Assembly (NCBI GenBank): GCA_039621445.1
Contig: CP154954.1
Location: 19,888,642 to 19,952,641 of the forward strand
DNA length: 64,000 nt
DNA from: Euglena gracilis
Taxonomy: Eukaryota
Reading direction: 5' to 3'
The notes under the pieces were generated by a model, which saw nothing but the letters and a program-made list of their open reading frames with translations, searched no databases and was not told the origin of the DNA. Positions 46,073-58,748 of the stretch are shown in pieces. Each line of letters starts with the position of its first letter. Positions within the stretch are counted from its first letter, which is position 1. The position numbers and the translations under genes are program-made.

Positions 46073-49000
46073 ATGGGGAGAGTCTCCGACGTGTGACTTG
46101 GGGCTGCCACTCGATGTGTCATTCTCCCTCTCCACAGTGTCGTTCTCTTTCTCTCACGAAGCACAGAAAGAAGACAAAAAAACACTTGCTTCATGGCTGG
46201 GAGGAGAAAACATACAACAATCAAAAAATTTTGGACGGAAAATTTTTCAAAACGCAAGCCCTTTAATTTTGAGAAGGATGAGGAGAAAAGTGATGCCGAA
46301 ATCTGGAAAGTGCCCCCACCTATTAACTCAAATGCCTCAAAAATGTTTGGAGATGATACCTCCCCCCCTGTCTAAGGATCGGAAAAGATGGGTTAGAACA
46401 AGGGGGGTGGTGCTTAATTTGCCAAAACATGGGTAAGAAACAGGGGGGCTTAGACAAAGCGGAAAATTATTTCTCCCAAGGAAAATCCGTCACTTTGCGC
46501 CAAAGAAAAATCCACCTGATCTTGGATATCCACTGTAAAGGCATGTGCCTAGGAATGTACAGGCATTTATCTCTCCATTCAGAAATTTCTGAAATTTCGA
46601 AACTTTCGAGAAACTTTTTGAGAGCACACATGTAAAATAAGTCTCCCCAAGGGGATGACCTTTATTAATATAAAAAAAACCTTTATTAATATAATAAAAA
46701 AAAGAGGTGAGAACCGGGGGGTGGTGCTTCGACAGGGGCGGGGGAGGTATTTGCCTGACCCCCCCCCTGTGGTGACCCCTGACATGCAACCCCTGACCAG
46801 GGGGTGGTCGTATTGGTCGTATTCCCAAATGCCAAAAAATCCCACTTTCCAAGGCCACCAACAACCCCTGACCAGGAGGGGGGGGAGTCGTGCACACCCC
46901 CTGACGTGCAACCCCCGAATGGGTGGCAGTCGGGGAACACAGGTGGTCGGGGGCAAGTGGTGGGGGCGGGTGACATAATGCCATCCTATCCTTCAAAATC
47001 TGATGGTGATGGAGCAGTGCAAGGACATTGTGCAGATTGGCAACCCGCATCACTCCACCGTCACCGGCAACGGTGCGGGCAGCGGATGCGCCATGGCAAA
47101 GCCCTCAGACGCACCGGTCCATGCGCTGCATCATACGCATCGCAAGCCAACCAAGGCAGTGCCATACGTTGCCGGTAAACCCAGCCAGGGCTGCCGAATT
47201 GAACAACAGTCCTAAATGCCTAAGTCCTAAATGCACACACTCCTCCATCGCAACGGTGAACGGGTTTGCAGCCCCCCATACGATTACACCCGGGTTTTTT
47301 TTAAGGGGGGAGGGGGGGAGAGGGTCGGCACCCACCCACCCCCTGGGGTGGGGCCCGACACACCCACGTTTGCCCGAAAATGGCCAAAAATGCTAAAAAT
47401 AGCAGCTTTTTCAATTTTTTTGGAGCCTTCGGCACCAAAAAAGATATACCCACCCCCTGCCTCCACCCCCCCCCCGGGGGTGGGGGGGAGGGGGTCCAAG
47501 ACTCTAAAAAAACCCCCTGAAACTACACCCAACCTATTTGTTTTGAGCAGCACCTCCCCTCCTTGTGGCCACCAAAGCCCAGAGCGGAAAATCCCGTGGG
47601 AAAAATGTTTCTTTGATGTGTGCTTTCCTCATCCACTTCTGCCATTGACGAGGCAGTGATTGGAAAAGGTCTGCAAGGTCTTGTGCTGGATGATTTTGAG
47701 GTGCTTCTCCCAGCTTTGAACAATTGTTGGTTGTTGGCCAGAATCCCAATTAGGAATGCACTTCGCTTCGTGGTAAAGAATTGAGAAACCCTGCTGGGAG
47801 ATTCTGGTTTGCCTTCCCTGTGACAACAGAGCAGAAATACCCCCCCCCAAAATCAGACCCTCCTGGGCCAATCGAGCAAAAATCCAAAATAGGACCCTTC
47901 CCATAAATGAGACCCCCCTGACGGCGCGACAATACAGCGAAGCGGCACGGGGATCGGTGAAATTGAAAAAATTTTCCCCCCTGACGCCTGATGCGCGAGC
48001 GCGCGGGGGGGGGGGGGGGTTGGAGGGGAGGACGGTGAAAAATTTCCCCCACAAAATCACCAAAAACCCCAATTTCATACAAAAAAAAGTGCAAAAAGGG
48101 CAAAAGCATTGGAAATTTCAACCAGGGTTTTTTTTGAACCGCCCCCCCCCCCCGGTCCCGGGACAGCCAAACCCACTTTTCCCCGAAAAGGCCCAAAATT
48201 GCGAAAAATGCTAAAAATAGCACCTTTTCAAAAATTTTCGGCGCTTTGGCGCCGAAAAGTACCTCCCCCCCCCTTGTCTAAGCACCGGAAAAGATGGGTA
48301 AGAACCGGGGGGGTGGTGCTTATTTTGCCAAAATATGGGTAAGAACCAGGGGGGGGGTGCTTAGACAAGGGGGAAAAATTTGACTGCAAAAAAAAATCCG
48401 GCGCTTCGCGCCAAAAAGGAAAAATTCCCCTTATTTTGGAGGTCCACTGTTGAACTTACACACATATGGATGAAGAAATCAACAATACCTCACCAAATCA
48501 GGTCTCAGAAATTGCAGAAATTTCGAAATTTTTGAGAAATTTCCCTTAAAAATGCACACAAAATAAACCTCCCCGTGACGATGACCTTTAAAAAGATGGG
48601 TAAGAACCGGGGGGGTGGTGCTTAGACAAGGGTGGTGCTTAGACAAGGGGGGGGGAGGTACATTCCACCCCCTCAGGGGGGGGACCCCCCCCCCGGGGAG
48701 CTCGGCCGGACCCACCCACCCCCACCCGGGGTCCAAGACTATAAAAAAACCCCCGATTTCAACACGTATCAATTTAAACATGGCACGAAGCGCCAAAGGA
48801 AATTTTTTGCGGTTTTTGGGAACCCGAAAAATTATGTTTTTTTCAGGGCCCAAGTCTGTCAAGAAAAAATCCAAAAATAACCCCCCAAAGTCAAAATAAG
48901 TCCCCTGCAGGTTTCCAGCAACGGACCCAAAAACAAGACCCGGGTCTTATTTTGAGGGTGGGCTTCAGGGGCGAGTGTTAAGGATTGCTGCAGAGGGACC

Positions 49001-49909
49001 AGGAAAAAGCTGTGCGCAATTCCAATCTTTCATTCGGGGTCATATTTTCCTTTAAAAGAAGTGACACAAGAATCAAAATTCTCCATGTATTTATCAGAAG
49101 CCAAAAGCTCAAAATCTGCCGAAGAATGATTGGAGGGCAGGGTAGTGGGCGGAAAGGTAGGAGATCGTTTCCCAGAACAGGTCAGCGAGTGCAAAGCATG
49201 GAGGACAGCTTCACCACGGAGGGTATCACGCGGTGTTTAAACCCTGGCCCCCAAAAAAATACGTCTGTGCAGCCCTGCACACCACCAACACAGCCAGCAT
49301 CACCCCAAATGGAATGTACCAGGAGGTGGACAGCCGCCACCCCCAGGCAATGCCGGTTGCCAGATTCATCAATGCCAAGGGGCAATTGGCTGGACCTCTG
49401 ATGGGTCACTTCCATTCTTCCAAAACCACTCAACTCCAGGGTTCAATGAAGGGTCCAGACCCGCCCCCCTCCCTGCCCCCCACCCTACCCCGCGCACCCT
49501 CCTTTCATCGAACCCGATGAAAGGAATGTGAGGTAAAATGGCAGGGAATTTCTGAATGAAACCCCTGGGGTTCCAGCTGGCCGGCTGGGAAAAGGTGTTG
49601 GCTGGAAAAAAAGATGGACTTTCCCCCCACCGGACTGCGGGGCTGGACCTGGCGGGGACCCGAAACGCCTCCTGCGGGGTTGGAGTTGTTCACCAAAACG
49701 TTCAAATTTTTGAAAGAAAAAAACCCACAAAAACCATAAAAACCACCGCTTCCGAACTATTTTTGACCACCCAATTTCTCAAAATCTTTTGGTGTTCTGA
49801 CTGAGAAAATATTTGCCCCCCCCCCCCGGGGCAAATATTTCATCGGGTATTGTATCTCTCAGTTCCACTACAGCGGATTCCTACCGGTGGGGGGGGGGGG
49901 CAGTGCCTG

Positions 49910-50072
49910 CCCGAGAGGCATGGGCCGTCTGCATGTCGATGAACCGGCTCAGGGCTTCCTCGAGGGCCGTGATGCGCGAGTCCACCAGGGCCTGGAACCG
50001 CCGCTCCGCCGCCCCCACCCGGGCCTGGAGCTTGTCAAACATCCCCCCCTGGGCCGTGCCAGCGAGAGTCAG
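49910..50072 (-). CDS. Exon of a minus-strand coiled-coil protein (MFDKLQARVGAAERRFQALVDSRITALEEALSRFIDMQ)
   Basis: ttttcag acceptor on the minus strand, GC-rich third positions, heptad-like pattern; 3' boundary approximate. Confidence 0.6.
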
Positions 50073-50122
50073 CTGAAAAGCAACCTGTTCATTGGGGGGG
50101 GGCAGCCGTGATATGCCATGAA

Positions 50123-50340
50123 CATGTAATTTTTTTACCGACCCCAGGAGGGGGGGGGGGTCAAATTTTCCGGCACCTTCAGCACTTTACCTTCAGCACT
50201 TTACCTTCAGCACTTTAGTGGTTTTTTTGCCACCCCCCCCCCCAGGGTCTGGGCCAAAAACCAGTCAGTCAATCTGAAAAAAACCAGTCACCCACCCCCC
50301 CCCTGGGAGGGGGGTCAGCCAGTGACTAAGTGATTGTATG
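50123..50340. mobile_element. MITE with CAT...ATG termini (P-element-like or hAT)
   Basis: Perfect 8-bp TSD gccatgaa; homologous to 56963-57300. Confidence 0.8.
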
Positions 50341-51291
50341 GCCATGAATATGAATGCGAAACCTTTGAAACTCCTCCCAACTGTAGTGTCTGGGCTTATT
50401 TGCAACGTTTCTGGAGTTTACACCACCTCTTGATACAACACCTCCCAGAGGGGGGGGTCTGGCCAACATCTTTTTCCCAACCATTGAAACCCTGCCTTTC
50501 ATCTCAGCTCACAGCGCCGGAGGAAAACTCCCCCCCCCCCTGGGGGGGTCCTAGCAGGTGGCTTTTTTGTGTCCTGCCGGCTGCCAGCACAGACCTGGCT
50601 CGCAACCGAAAACAGGCAAGAAAGCCGGCCCAGCTGGGTTGGATTGTTCAAACCAAACCTTTGAAGTGAAACCCTCAAAAAAGTAACCAAGGGGCCATTC
50701 TTTGGAAATTTTTGACCGTTTTTTTTTTCATGGTGCAGCCTGCTTCGCTGCGATGACTTTCTTTCCACTCGACCCCGGAGAGGGGGTCTGCAGCCTGGTT
50801 GGGAACCGGCCGGGGAAAAAAAGTACTGGCTGGTCGGGCCCCCCGGGGTTGTTGTTGGGTCCCGGCTTGGGTAATTCCCTGTGTCAAACCCATCATTTAC
50901 CAGTTTTCATTTAAGGCATGGATTGGTCACAAAAAATCTTGTGTCGGAACCGCAAAGCCCAGAGCATGCCCTCAACGGTGGCCTCCAACACCCCCAAGCT
51001 TCCCTCCAGCTTGTGCCAGCTGTTGTGAGCAGGGCGGTCCACACAACGCATGCAAGTCACACTCCACAATAGCAGTGAGCTGAGCAACAAAAATACCTTG
51101 CAACACCTACCCTCAATTGTCTGGGAGGGCCAGAGGGGGGGGGGGGCTTTTGGGTGTCGATTTTAGGTGCAAAAATATATGTCGCTTCACACCAAAAATC
51201 AAAACCTCTTCCCTAAATTGTTTTTGCATGATTATGTCATCCATGGCACCATCTTTTATAAGTCATTGTAAACAGAAATGATGACTCATTG

Positions 51292-52002
51292 GCCTCCCCA
51301 GAGCCCCCTCCATTTTAAAGATTTTGTGTGCGGGCTAGCTCCTCCATCAAACCACTCCGTATCTCATTGTCACACATTGTATCACGCAATCCGTTCCATG
51401 CGATATTTTGCTGCTCTTCATGGCACCCATTCGCTTGGGTCGAATGGGTGCCATGAAGAGCAGCAAAATATCGCATGGAACGGATTGCGTGATAAACCCC
51501 CCCCCAAATAATACCCCCCCCGGGGTATTATTTTTTCGCCCGAAGTCCCGGCCCGAGGGGGGGGGGGTATTATTTGGGGGGGGTATTATTTTCCCAAAAT
51601 TTTCGAAATTTTCCGAAGTCCCGTGAAACCCAAAATAGCACCCAAAACCGCCCTTTGGGGTCATTTTTTGCACTTTCTTGTGAAATTTACCATTTTTGGA
51701 GGTCAGATGAGCCAGAAAAATCCATTTTTTCCATAATTTGTTGTCAGAAATTGTGATTTTTACCTACATTTTCAGGTCAAAAATCCGGGCCTTCGGCCCG
51801 AAACCGGGGGGGGGGGGGTATTATTTTGGCGGCCGAAGTCGGACCCCAAGGGGGGGGGGGGATTATTTGGGGGGGGGGGGTATTATTTGGGGGGGGGTAT
51901 TATTTGGGGGGTTACAATGTGTGACAATGAGATACGGAGTGGTTTGATGGAGGAGGTAGCCCGCACACAAAATCGTTAAAATGGAGGGGGCTCTGGGGAG
52001 GC
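51292..52002. repeat. Long palindrome (~142-bp arms, 7-nt loop); right arm split by a TA-MITE (51495-51912)
   Basis: 51380-51433 is the exact reverse complement of 51441-51494; 51292-51381 matches 51913-52002 with about 2 mismatches. Confidence 0.9.
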
Positions 52003-52049
52003 TCCTCGGGTGACCAGCCTCCGGGGAGGCTCCCCATGCGGCCCCCCTG

Positions 52050-52238
52050 GGGGCGCTCCGCAGTGGCAATGCGCTCCAGCAGGTGGCGGTTCTCCTCCGC
52101 CAGCGCCCCGGAGTTCAGCCGCTCCAGGGCCGCGAGGCGGTGGTCGAGGTCCGCCTCCAGCATGGCGTGGAGGCGGTGCTCCAGGTGGTGGATCCACCGC
52201 ACACCGCTTTGCTCCCTTGGCGACCAAGCACCAACCTC
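52050..52238 (-). CDS. Exon of a minus-strand coiled-coil protein (WIHHLEHRLHAMLEADLDHRLAALERLNSGALAEENRHLLERIA)
   Basis: GC-rich third positions, heptad-like; preceded by a nonconventional-type intron end CTG-CCCGG; probably the same gene as 49910-50072. Confidence 0.6.
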
Positions 52239-52290
52239 CCGGGCAGGGTTCAATATCTACATAAGCATAAGAATATAATAATATATGAGT

Positions 52291-52690
52291 CATGGCACAA
52301 AGTGAAGCCCCCTTACCACCCCCTTACCCCTTACCCCCCCCCTTACCCCCTTACCCACCCCTTACACCAAGTCATGTGGGACAAAATGTTTCAAATGCAT
52401 CATTTTGATGGCAAGTAGCGGGACCCATTGAACTGCTCCATTGCCCGGGGGGGGGGGGGGCTCCCGCCCCCCACCCCCGGCAAAAAAATAAACCTCATCC
52501 TCGTCTCTGGTCAATTTTGAGGGCAAAGAGCGGAAACTATTCAACGAAATGCACCACCTCACCCTCCCCAACCTCTCTTACCCACCCCTTACCCCCCCCC
52601 TTACCCACCCCTTACCCACCCCTTACCCACCCCTTACCCACCCCTTACCCACCCCTTACCGGGGAAAGGGGGCCTGACTTTATGCCATAT
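52291..52690. mobile_element. TIR element carrying a (CCCCTTACCCA)n minisatellite; second partial copy at ~61226-61500 in opposite orientation
   Basis: atggcacaaagtgaagcccc ... ggggcctgactttatgccat; shared internal aaataaacctcatcctcgtct. Confidence 0.7.
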
Positions 52691-54333
52691 GTGTAATATA
52701 TATATATATAGAATAATATTATAAGATTGTATTATTTCTTTTATATATTTATACATAAGAATATATAAATTCTTATATGTTATAAAATAATGTATAAGAA
52801 TGTGGGCAGGAGGGGGGGTTGGACCCCCCTGCAGTCCTGCAGGGAATTGGGAGGACACCCCCGACTCCTGAACAGTGGCGCAGTCAGGGTGACCGAAATT
52901 CAGCCCGGAGCGAAGCACTGGGCCGAAAAAGTTTGCCCCCCTCGGCCAAATCTGCCATTTGGGGCACGTTTTGGGGCAAAAGAATTGCCAAAAATACCAA
53001 AAAATTTTCTGTGGAAAGTGCCGGCAGAAAAAAAAATGACCTTTTGGGGGAGGGGTCGGGTATCCCTCCTGGGGTCGGACCTGGCAGGTGGGGCAGGTGG
53101 GGGGGGGGTTTAAGGCACCTTTTTTTGAAGGTGCCTTAAAAAAAATACTTAAACCTTAAACTGTCTCAAAATCCTTAAAAAATCTTAAACCTTAAACCGC
53201 CTCAAAATGCACCTGAATTTTTTTGCCAAAATACCTGAAAAATGCCCCAATGATCAAAAATTGGGGGGTTTTTCTGCAACCAAGCAAAAATGAAATGTGC
53301 AGAATCTTGGGGGAAAAAATCAAATCCAGGAAGGAAAAAAATGGTTTCTGGCATCGCTGGATCATTGTCCATCCAACCAAAACTCCAAAAAAATGCATTT
53401 CTTGACTTTTTAAAAGCCTCAAAATTTGGAAAAAAATTAGCCTGAAAAATAACAATCATGATGATCCCTGGTGGTCTGGACCAGGCACCTATGGTCACTT
53501 TCCATTTTGGTGCTCTGGTCGGCCCTGGTCGGCAAATAGTCGGCCATAGGTGGGGGTATCCGTCACAGAAAAAAAGATCGTGAAAAATGACCCAAAATTA
53601 CCAAAAGGGCACAAAATGGCCAAAATGCCATAAAATATGCTCATGTTGACCCAAATTAGCCCAATATTTGCCAAATCAGTGACTGCGGTCGGCTGAAAAT
53701 GGTTAAAATGGCCAAAAATGGGCAAAAGCCAAAGAAAAGCTGTTTTGGCCACTGTTTTTGCGAATCCAGAAGCTGCACCTGGCGCAAAATGCTCAAAAAT
53801 GGTCAAATTGGACCAAAAAAAGACAAAAAAAATGGGCAAAATAACAAAAAAAAGGTCGAAAATGGCTTTAAATGGTCAAAAATGGCCCAAGAGCAGGACA
53901 AAATGGCCCAAAATTACAAGAAGTGCGCAAAAAGTGGCCAAAAATGGTCAAAATAGGTCAAAATTGGTGAATTATGGTGACAAATGGGCCAAAAGGAGAC
54001 AAAAGCGACCTAAAATGGCCAAAAGCGGCCAAAAGTAGCCAAAAGTAGCCAAAAGTGACAACATGAGCCAGATGAGCCAGAAAAATCTCAAAATCTGGGA
54101 TAAAAATGAGCCCAATTCCTCATTCTCACTGAAAAATTGACATCAATTAGAAAAAAGTTGCGCGGTCGGCTGCGGTCGGCTGCGGTCGGCTGCGGTAACC
54201 CACGGTCGATGCTGCCGGGCCAGCATCGCCCTGCATCGCACAGCACCGCCCAGCATCATCAGAGGTGCTTGGTCCAGAGGGAAAGCTGCTGAATTCCTTC
54301 ATCCATTCCCCTTCCGTCGGCCAACCATATGCA

Positions 54334-54470
54334 AGTCGGCCCTGGTCGGCCCTGGCCGGCCCTGGTCGGCCCTGGTCGGCCCTGGTCGGAACCCCCACCT
54401 ACGGGGGTCCTGAAACTCATAGTCGGCCCTGGTCGGCCCTGGTCGGCCCTGGTCGGCCCTGGTCGGCCAT
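54334..54470. repeat. (GGTCGGCCCT)n 10-mer tandem repeat
   Basis: Directly visible; related units at ~53515-53550. Confidence 0.8.
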
Positions 54471-56962
54471 AGGTGCCTGGTCTGGACCCCTTCCGGTCCA
54501 GGAGGGAGGAGGTGGAGGAACACCCTCCCCACTCTGACCCGCACACCGTCCATGTATCAAATCCTGGGGTGAGGTTTGTTTTGAGATCTACAGAGCAACC
54601 CCCCAGAAAACCTTCAAAAAACAACATTTTGTCCACGTTTGAGCCCTTTCTGCCAAAAGAATTTGTTGAGTCGTACCAATGTTTTTTTCAGCTCCCGACT
54701 GCACTGGGCTGGCCCAAACTTTATTCCAGCGGATCCTGGAGGGGGGGGTCGGCAGTCTGGCTGGGAGCTGCTGACTGGGTGCTGGGCTGACCCCACCCCT
54801 GTGGTCACCTCCGGATTAAGAAAACCCCTCGTTGTCGCTCTGGGGTAAAAAAAAGCCCAGGGGAAAAATTGGAGGGCTTTTCAAGGACATGAAATTTTGG
54901 ATATTCGTGGGACAAAAGCAGGAATTATGACTGTCAAATTGAATTGAAAATCAAATCAGGTGCCAACACAAGAATATGAATTTTCAGGTCCCAAAATCAG
55001 GAATCACCTCCAAAATTTTGTCAAAATGATGGAGAAAACGGTGAATTTTTTTGGGGGGAAATGTAGTGATAATTTTGGAGGCCAAAACTGAAAATACGGG
55101 GGGGGGGGGGGGGGGGGGAATTTCCTTTTGCTAATTCGTTCACCCCAATTTTGTGCGCCTCTGATTTCCTCCCTACAGAGGGGGTCCGGGGGGACCCACT
55201 TCAGGGGGGTCAATTTTCGGACCAAACACCGAAAGTCGTAAAATCAGCCAGTCGGTGAAACAAAAAGAAAACCCCCGGGGGGGGTTTGCATTTGACCCCC
55301 GAAGGGGGGTTGGGCCCAGGGCTGTATGGGAATGCCGGGTGGGGGGTGGTTGACCCCCCACCAGGGGTTTTTTAAGACCGGGGGGGAGGGTGTGTCCCCC
55401 CCACCCACCCCCCCCTGGGGGGGGCCCGGGGGGGGGGGGGGTCCCAGGGGACCCACAAAAAAAAATGGCCGAAAATCGCGAAAAGTGCCAAAAATAGCAC
55501 TTTTTCAAGAATTTTCGGCGCCTTCGGTGCCGAAAAGTATATATCACCCCCCTCGCGGGGGGGACCCCCCGGGGGGGGCCCAGGGGGTGGGTGGGTGGGT
55601 GGGTGGGTGGGTGGGGGGGAGACCCCCCACGGTCTTAAAAAAAACCCCTGGCTGTACGGGAATCCCCGCAACCCTGTGGGTGGGGGGCAGGGTTATTTTT
55701 TACTCGTGGACCCCGGGGGGGGGGTGGGTGGGTGCGGCTGAGCCCCCCCCCCCCCCTCCCGGGGGACCCACAAAAAATGGCCGAAAAATCGCGGAAAGTG
55801 CTAAAAATAGCATTTTTCGGCGCCTTCTGCACCAAAAAGTATATCCCACCCCCCTCCGGGGGACCCCCCCAGGGGGGCTCGGCCGGACCACCCACCCTAC
55901 CCCCCCCCCGGGGGGTCCACGACTAAAAAAACCCTCTGCCCCTGCATACAGCCCTGGTCAGGCCTCCGGGCAAACCGTGGAGCAAAGGCATGGTCCGTTG
56001 CCGGGAGACCCGCTCCTCCTGCTGCACCTCTGTCAACATCCGTCCCACCCAGGGAATGTCTCAAGCCCGCCCCCCCAGAGGGGAGGAACCCAGCCGGCTG
56101 GAAGGTCCTGGGCAGAAAAAAGGTGCTGGCTGGACCGCCCTAGGGGGGATCCGGGGGGGATTCCTACCGGCTCCCGGGCTGGACCTGGAGGGAACCCCAA
56201 AAACCGTCAAAAAAGCCTAAATCCAGCTGGGTTGGATTCTTTTCAGCCAAATTTTGAGGAGTCAAAAAACAACCAAACCTGGACATGTTTGGCCATTTCG
56301 GACCCCTTTTTTAAAATTTTCGGATTTTTTTTTTGTCCAGCCTGGCTTCAGCAGCTGCGAAAACTTTATTACTGCTCGAACCCGGGTGCTCCGCAGCGCG
56401 GCTGGGAGGTGCTGCCTGGAAAAAGCTTGCTGGCTGGATCCCTGGGGGGGGGGGGTGAGATGGGGGGTCCAGCTTAAGAGATTCCCTGGCCCCACCTCCT
56501 CCTGGATTGGCCACGGGGCTTTGTTGTGACAAAAGGGTCGTCTAACGCTTCCCCAAAAAGTTTCTGGTGCTTTGCACCGGAACCAAAATCAACTTTCAGT
56601 AACCTTGGGAACCAAGACCCCGCATCAATTTCACCAGAGATCAATTTGAAAAAAATGCAGATTTCCATTCATCGGGACCAAACACCAATAGGAGTCATTT
56701 TTTCCATTCCACTCAAAAAAGTCCCAAATCCAATGAAATGATGCTCCCAATGGTTGATGAGGCTTTGTTCTGGAGTCTCTGGCGGAAAAAATCCACTGGA
56801 GTGCAAGAAAACACAACATTGAAAATCATTTGAGGGACAACAAACCAGAATTCTTTTTAACAACCCGACAGGGGAGATTGTGCTATGGGGTGCTGGACAT
56901 TCACAGATGGGTATGTATTATTGAAAATAATAACAATAATAATAATAATTGGCCGTCCTTTC

Positions 56963-57300
56963 CATACTTTCTTACCGACCCCCCCCCCCCCGGGGGAGGG
57001 GGGTCACTCCACTCTTTGAAAAACCTTTTTGGGGGAAACCAGTCAGTCACTACCCCCCCGGGGGGGGGGGGGTCGGCCATACTGGAATCCAAAGGAAATT
57101 TGACCAAGAACATGAAAAAAAGACAAAAAATTCCGGCACCTTCGGCGCCGGATCACTTTAGTGGTTTTTTGCCGACCCCCCCCCCACCCCGGGGGGGGGG
57201 GAGGAGGGGGTCCGGGCCAAAGACCAGTCAGTCACTCTGAAAAAACCAGTCACCTCCGGGGGGGGGGGGGGGGGGGGGCCAGTGACTAAGTGATTGTATG
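56963..57300. mobile_element. MITE with CAT...ATG termini, second copy
   Basis: catac ... gtatg; TSD gtcctttc/gtccttcc. Confidence 0.78.
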
Positions 57301-58748
57301 GTCCTTCCTGTCGCATGATGGAAATCCCCAAAAATTGGAGAGGAGAGATCACACAGGGAAGAATTCACTCAACACCAATTTAAAAAAAAATTGGGTTGTG
57401 ACCGTTGCATTTGCATTGCGAACACAATCCTGTCCTGGTGGAATTTCCTTGAGTACGCTTGCAAAGAAGATATTTTCTTGAGATCCCATACACCAAGCCC
57501 CTCACCCCTCCCCAGGTCAACAACTTTTTCAAAATATCTGTTGCACTATGGATATTTCCCACACAGGGGTTCATGCCCACGATGCAAAGTATGGAAAGGC
57601 CCCGCAGCATGCAAAAAATCATCTGCTGTGACCATGGCCACATCGTGCGTGTCCGCCTTCGGCCCAGAACAGGCCATTTCTGTATGAAACTTCATATCAA
57701 CTTCCAGCAAAAAAAGTTCAGAATTTCAGAGTCCAGCTGATGGATTGAGGAACAGCCCGGTCCTGATATTGCCAGCAATCCCACATGTGCAGCAGCCAGC
57801 CAACCCGCTGGCAGTGTGAAATCCTCATGTGTATGCACGAGGGCACAAGGCTGATACACACCCCGGCTCCAGGGGTCAACCTCTACAAGGGCGTGTTTCC
57901 AGGGCTGCCTTGGGCAATTGTAATTGTACTTGACAGTTGGCTGTTGCAATCGACTGGTGCAAAACTGGACCCTGACATTTGGGCACCTCGGGAGCAGATT
58001 TTTGCTCAAGGATCTGGGGGGTCCACTGTCTAGACACTACAGAAAAAAGCCACTGGCTTGGTCCAGGGGGCTCCCAACTGGATAAAAATTTTGGCCCTGC
58101 ACGCCGCGGTGGAAATGAGGTTTTATAACTGTTTTTGGCTGATTTTGTTCCCAAAAAATACCAAACATGGCCAAAAACGAGCATTGTGGCAGGCATTAGG
58201 GCCCTCAAAAAAATTCGGCACTTCATGTTGGTCACTGGCAGGCCATTGCTCAAAGACCCGGGGGGGGGGGTGCACTGGCTCGCCAAGTTGCTTGATGATG
58301 GATAAAAGGGACCAGCTTGACCCCCTCCCCAGAGCAGAACGGGAAGGCCTGGTGGGGGGGTCGACCCCCCCCCACCCACCACAGCATTTTCACCAATTTC
58401 GCCCAACAGGGATGTTGGCCGGGGGAAATTTTTGAATTTTTTTTGAAAAACGAACCCAAAATACATGATTTTTTGACGGAAAACCACATTTTTTCACAAA
58501 AAAAATCTCAAAAATTTCAGGTTAAAAATTGGTAGATTTTTGGAGGGGGTAAAAAAAAAACGAAGCTCAAAAAAAAATGAACAAAATTTTGGCACAGTCC
58601 AATTTTACTGAGTTTTTTCTCTTGGAATTTTTTTTGATTTTCAATGGCTTTTTTTGCATCAAAAACCACTCAAAATCAAAATTTCGAGAAAATGTTGAAA
58701 TTTTGGAAGGTGTGAAAAAAATGGGGTTTTGGGGTGTTAGGCGCAAAG

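Noticed and set aside
57380-58033. Coding-like stretch, possibly a decayed transposon ORF (similar cases at ~49190-49440 and ~62030-62470)
   Set aside because: Stops in all frames and no motif I can name.
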